Assembly: GCF_018350175.1 (NCBI RefSeq)
Contig: NC_058368.1
Span: 27,778,001 to 27,842,000, forward strand
DNA length: 64,000 nucleotides
Direction: 5' to 3'
DNA from: Felis catus
Lineage: Eukaryota
Below are positions 60,660-64,000 of this stretch, piece after piece. Numbering within the stretch: position 1 is the stretch's first letter; the number at the start of each line of letters is the position of its first letter. The notes under the pieces are model-generated. The model made no database searches. It had not been told where the DNA came from and saw only the letters and a program-made list of their open reading frames with translations. The translations under genes were made by a program, and so were the position numbers.

Positions 60660-63600
60660 TGTTTTCATATCTTGGCAACTGTGAATAATGTGGCAATGAA
60701 CATAGGGGTACATACATCTTCTCCAATTAGTGTTTTCATTTTCTGGATCATATGGTGGTTTTATTTATAAATTTTTGAGGAAACTCCATACTGTTTTGCA
60801 TTGTGGCTGAGTTAATTTATACCACTACCAACAATGCACGAAGTTTCCCTTTTTCTCACATCCTTGCCAACACTAAATTCTTGTCTTTTGGTAGTAGCCA
60901 TCTGACAGATGTAAAATGATATCTCCTGTTGTTTTGATTAGTCTTTCCCTGGTGATTAATGATGTTCAGCATCTTTTCATTTGCCTGTTGGCCATCTTTA
61001 TGTCTTCATTGAAAAAATGTCTGTTCAACTCTTTTGCCCATTTCTTATTTGAGCTTTTTGTTTTGTTTTGTTACTGAGTTGTAGGAATTCTTTATATATT
61101 TTGGATATTAAACCCTTACTAAATACATGATTTGCAAATACCTTCTTCTATTCAGTAGGTTGCCTTTTCATTCTGTTGGTTTCCTTCACTATTCAGAAGC
61201 TTGATGTAGTCTCATTTGTTTATTTTTGCTTTTGTTTCCCTTGCCTTTGGAGTCAGAAAAAATCTCCCTAAGACTGATGTCAAGGAGCTTACTGTAAAGA
61301 AGTTTTCCTTTAGGAGTTTTGTGGTCTCACGTCTTATGTTCAAGGCTTTAATTGATTTGGGATTAATTTTTGTTTATTGTATAAAATAATGGTCTAGTTT
61401 CATTATTATTATTATTTGCATGTAGCTCTCCAGTTTTCCTGGCGCCATTTGTTGAACAGTCATTTACCCATTGTGTATTTTTGCCTTTGTCATAAATTAA
61501 TTGGTCATATATGCACGGGCTTATTTCTGGGCTCTCTGTTCTGTTCCATTGATCTATGTGTCTGGTTTTATGCTAATACCATACTGTTTTGATTACTACA
61601 GCTTTGTATTATAGTTTGAAATCAGGGAGCCTGATACCTCTGGCTTGTTCTTTCTCAAGATTGTTTTGGATATTTGGAGTCTTTTGTGGTTCCATATAAA
61701 TTGTAGAATTATTTGTTTTAGTTCTGTGAAAAATGCCATGGGAATTTTTATAGGGATTGCATTGAATCTGTAGATTGCTTTGGGTAGTGTGGACATTTTA
61801 ACAATGTTAATTCTTCCTTCTAACATATGAGCACAAAATACTTTCTATTATTTGTGTTGTCTTCAGTTTCTTTCATCAATGTCTTGCATCTTTCAGTGTA
61901 TGGGTCTTTTACCTCCTTGGTTAAATTTATTCCTAGCTATTTTATTTTTTGGATGTGATTGTAAATAGAATCATTTTTAAAATTTCTTACTGTTCATTAT
62001 TAGTGCATAAAAATGCCACAGATTTTTATATATTAATTTTGTATCCTGCAACATTACTGAATTCATTTATTCTAATAGGTTTTTTTTTTGGTAGAGTCTT
62101 TAGGGTTTTCCGTATATAGTATCAAATCATCTGCAAATAGTAACAGTTTTACTTGTTCCTTTACAATTTGGATGCATTTTATTTCTTTTTCTTGACTAAT
62201 TGCTCTGGCTAGGATTTCTAATATTATGTTGAATAAAAGGGGGGGGGGAGTGAGCATCCTTTTCTTGTTTTCGATCTTAGAAGAAAAGCTTTCAGCTTTT
62301 CACCATTGACTCTAATATTAGCTGTGGGTTATGAATGTTCCCTCTGTACTCACTTTATTGAGGTTTTATCATGAATGGATGTTGAATTGCATCAAATGCT
62401 TTTTCTGCACCTACTGTGATGATCATATTTTTATCTTACATTTTATTAATGTGGTATATCGCAATTGATTTGTGGGTGTTGAACCATCCTTGCATCGCTG
62501 CAATAAATCCCACTTAATTGTGGTATATGATCCTTTTAGTGTTGTTGGATTTGGTTTGCTAAAATTTGGTGAGCATTTTTACATTTGTGTTCACTAGGGA
62601 CGTTGGCCTGTAATTTTGCTTTTTTTGTGATGGCCTTGTCTGGTTTTGGTGTCAGGGTAGTGCTTATAAAATGAGTTTGAAAGCATTGTCTTCAATTTTT
62701 TTTGGAAGCCTGTCCCTCAGGCTGAAGCTCCAAGCTAAGTAAATAAGCCTTTTCATAGGAAGACTGGATTGTTTTTCAGTCTGCCATCTGTACAGTACCC
62801 TGGGGGTGATGGGCTTCCAAGAACTGTCTTTCTTATTGTTCTATTCCTGGGAAGCTCACAATGCTAGCCTCCTTGGCCACCAGGGCCAAGTGATTAAGGG
62901 GAATTCCTGTGTGTCCCTGTTGGCTTTAGCTAGGCAGTGGAAAGTGGGGTGGGGAATGCTCTCTGGCTTCAGAAAATGTCTTGACTGAATGTGCCCCAGG
63001 GGCTTCAGAAATGCAGCAACAGAGTGCCTTGTCTGTGTGCATGTACCAGCTTTAGGCTGGGAGCAGAATGCCATGACTGCTACACTTGTTAGCCCCAGCC
63101 AAGGATTGGGGGAATATTGCAACCTTCCACACTTCATAGACTTTAGCTGGGGAACAGGAGAATGCTGCCACTGTTCAAATTTGCCAGCTCCAGCCAGGGA
63201 CTAGGGGAATGCTATGGCCACCTGTGCTCTCTGGCGTCAGCAAGGCGGTAAGATAGTGCTGTGACCACTGGCTTCTGGCTATCTTAGCAAAGTGCTGGGA
63301 GGGTTCTGTGTCCAGGCTCACCCATCTGTGCCAGCGGGCTAGACAGAGGGTCCAAAAATGACATCTGCCAATACCTCCATCTCTGGGGGGCGTTTCAGCT
63401 GTCTCCTATCCCTCCAGCAGCTATGTTTAGGTTAGTAAATGTATCTCTTTCACATATAGTCTAGGTGCTTTTCAAACTGCTGTTTATTCCTGCTGGGTCA
63501 TGGGACAAATGACACTGTATTGAGCCCTTTACATGGAAAATCTCAGTCTCCTACAGTACTTTGAGTCCCTTGGATGTCAGCCCTGTTGATTTTCTAAGTC

Positions 63601-64000
63601 AGATGTTTGGTGGAGGCGGGTGCTCATCTCTCTGGTGCAGATCCCAGGAGTTTGGGTACCAACCCCTCACACCAGCAGAAGTGCCAGACTGGTGAGATCC
63701 CTATTGTAGGTCCCAAGCTGGGGGTGGGGTCTTTTGGTGAGACTGTGCCTGTACTTTGCTACCCATCTCAATGTTGGTCTTTTTATCCTTTTTGTGGAGA
63801 AGCAGTTCATCTAGTTTTCAGATCTTTATCAAAGAAAAAAAATGATCCGTATGTAGCCGTAGATTTGGTGTGTCCTTGGGAGGAAGTGAGTTCAGGATCT
63901 TCCTATGCCACCATCTTGTGGAAATCTCCCCCAAACTAATAATACTTCATAGCATTAAGAGATCTTCTGTGCTGCCAATCACTGTTGAAATTGACTTTCC

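Larger units (their letters stand above)
59675..63932 (-). mobile_element. Older L1 (L1MA9/L1_Carn-like): 3' UTR plus ORF2 3' half joined to a 5' UTR-like segment (internally deleted)
   Basis: ORF2 peptides [26 protein letters not shown] and [10 protein letters not shown]; 5' end-like caagatggtggcataggaag near 63900-63920. Confidence 0.8.

Noticed and set aside
667..60726. Recurrent short ORFs such as [19 protein letters not shown] and [17 protein letters not shown]
   Set aside because: Translations of CAN-SINEs, not genes.

Overview
Mammalian genomic DNA, almost certainly felid (cat family): it carries 27 tRNA-derived CAN-SINEs of the Felidae type and carnivore L1s. The window holds the 3' half of EPSTI1 (epithelial stromal interaction 1, an interferon-inducible gene) on the + strand. 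Phase-compatible GT-AG exons at 12653-12746, 23199-23282, 45728-45801, 51966-52065 and a terminal exon from 58378 splice into ...KTAEFLSRLDTESPDRSTCQKALHDSQSSTW-ARSWAYKDSLKEEENKKLQKMKEEQRQK-SELLEFNRQQQEEERTRTHQAEHKR-VNNAFLDRLQGKSQPGGFEHFGGHWNMNSGNSW-DV*. A 33-nt cassette exon (20527-20559) matches the human alternative exon as I recall it. The 5' exons lie outside the window. The introns are mostly TEs: a full-length but dead antisense L1 with TSDs, truncated L1s, L2, MIR, MLT1, a MER21-like LTR and MER5. Most notable candidates: a second in-frame 33-nt microexon, an LTR carrying clustered NF-kB/GAS/AP-1 motifs, a SINE 3'-transduction or dimer inside one TSD, a tailless SINE, template-switch hairpins, and features near the poly(A) site. 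I found no clearly novel multi-gene system. Gene identity rests on recalled human protein sequence, and repeat family names come from recognition by eye, not database searches; ancient repeat boundaries are approximate.
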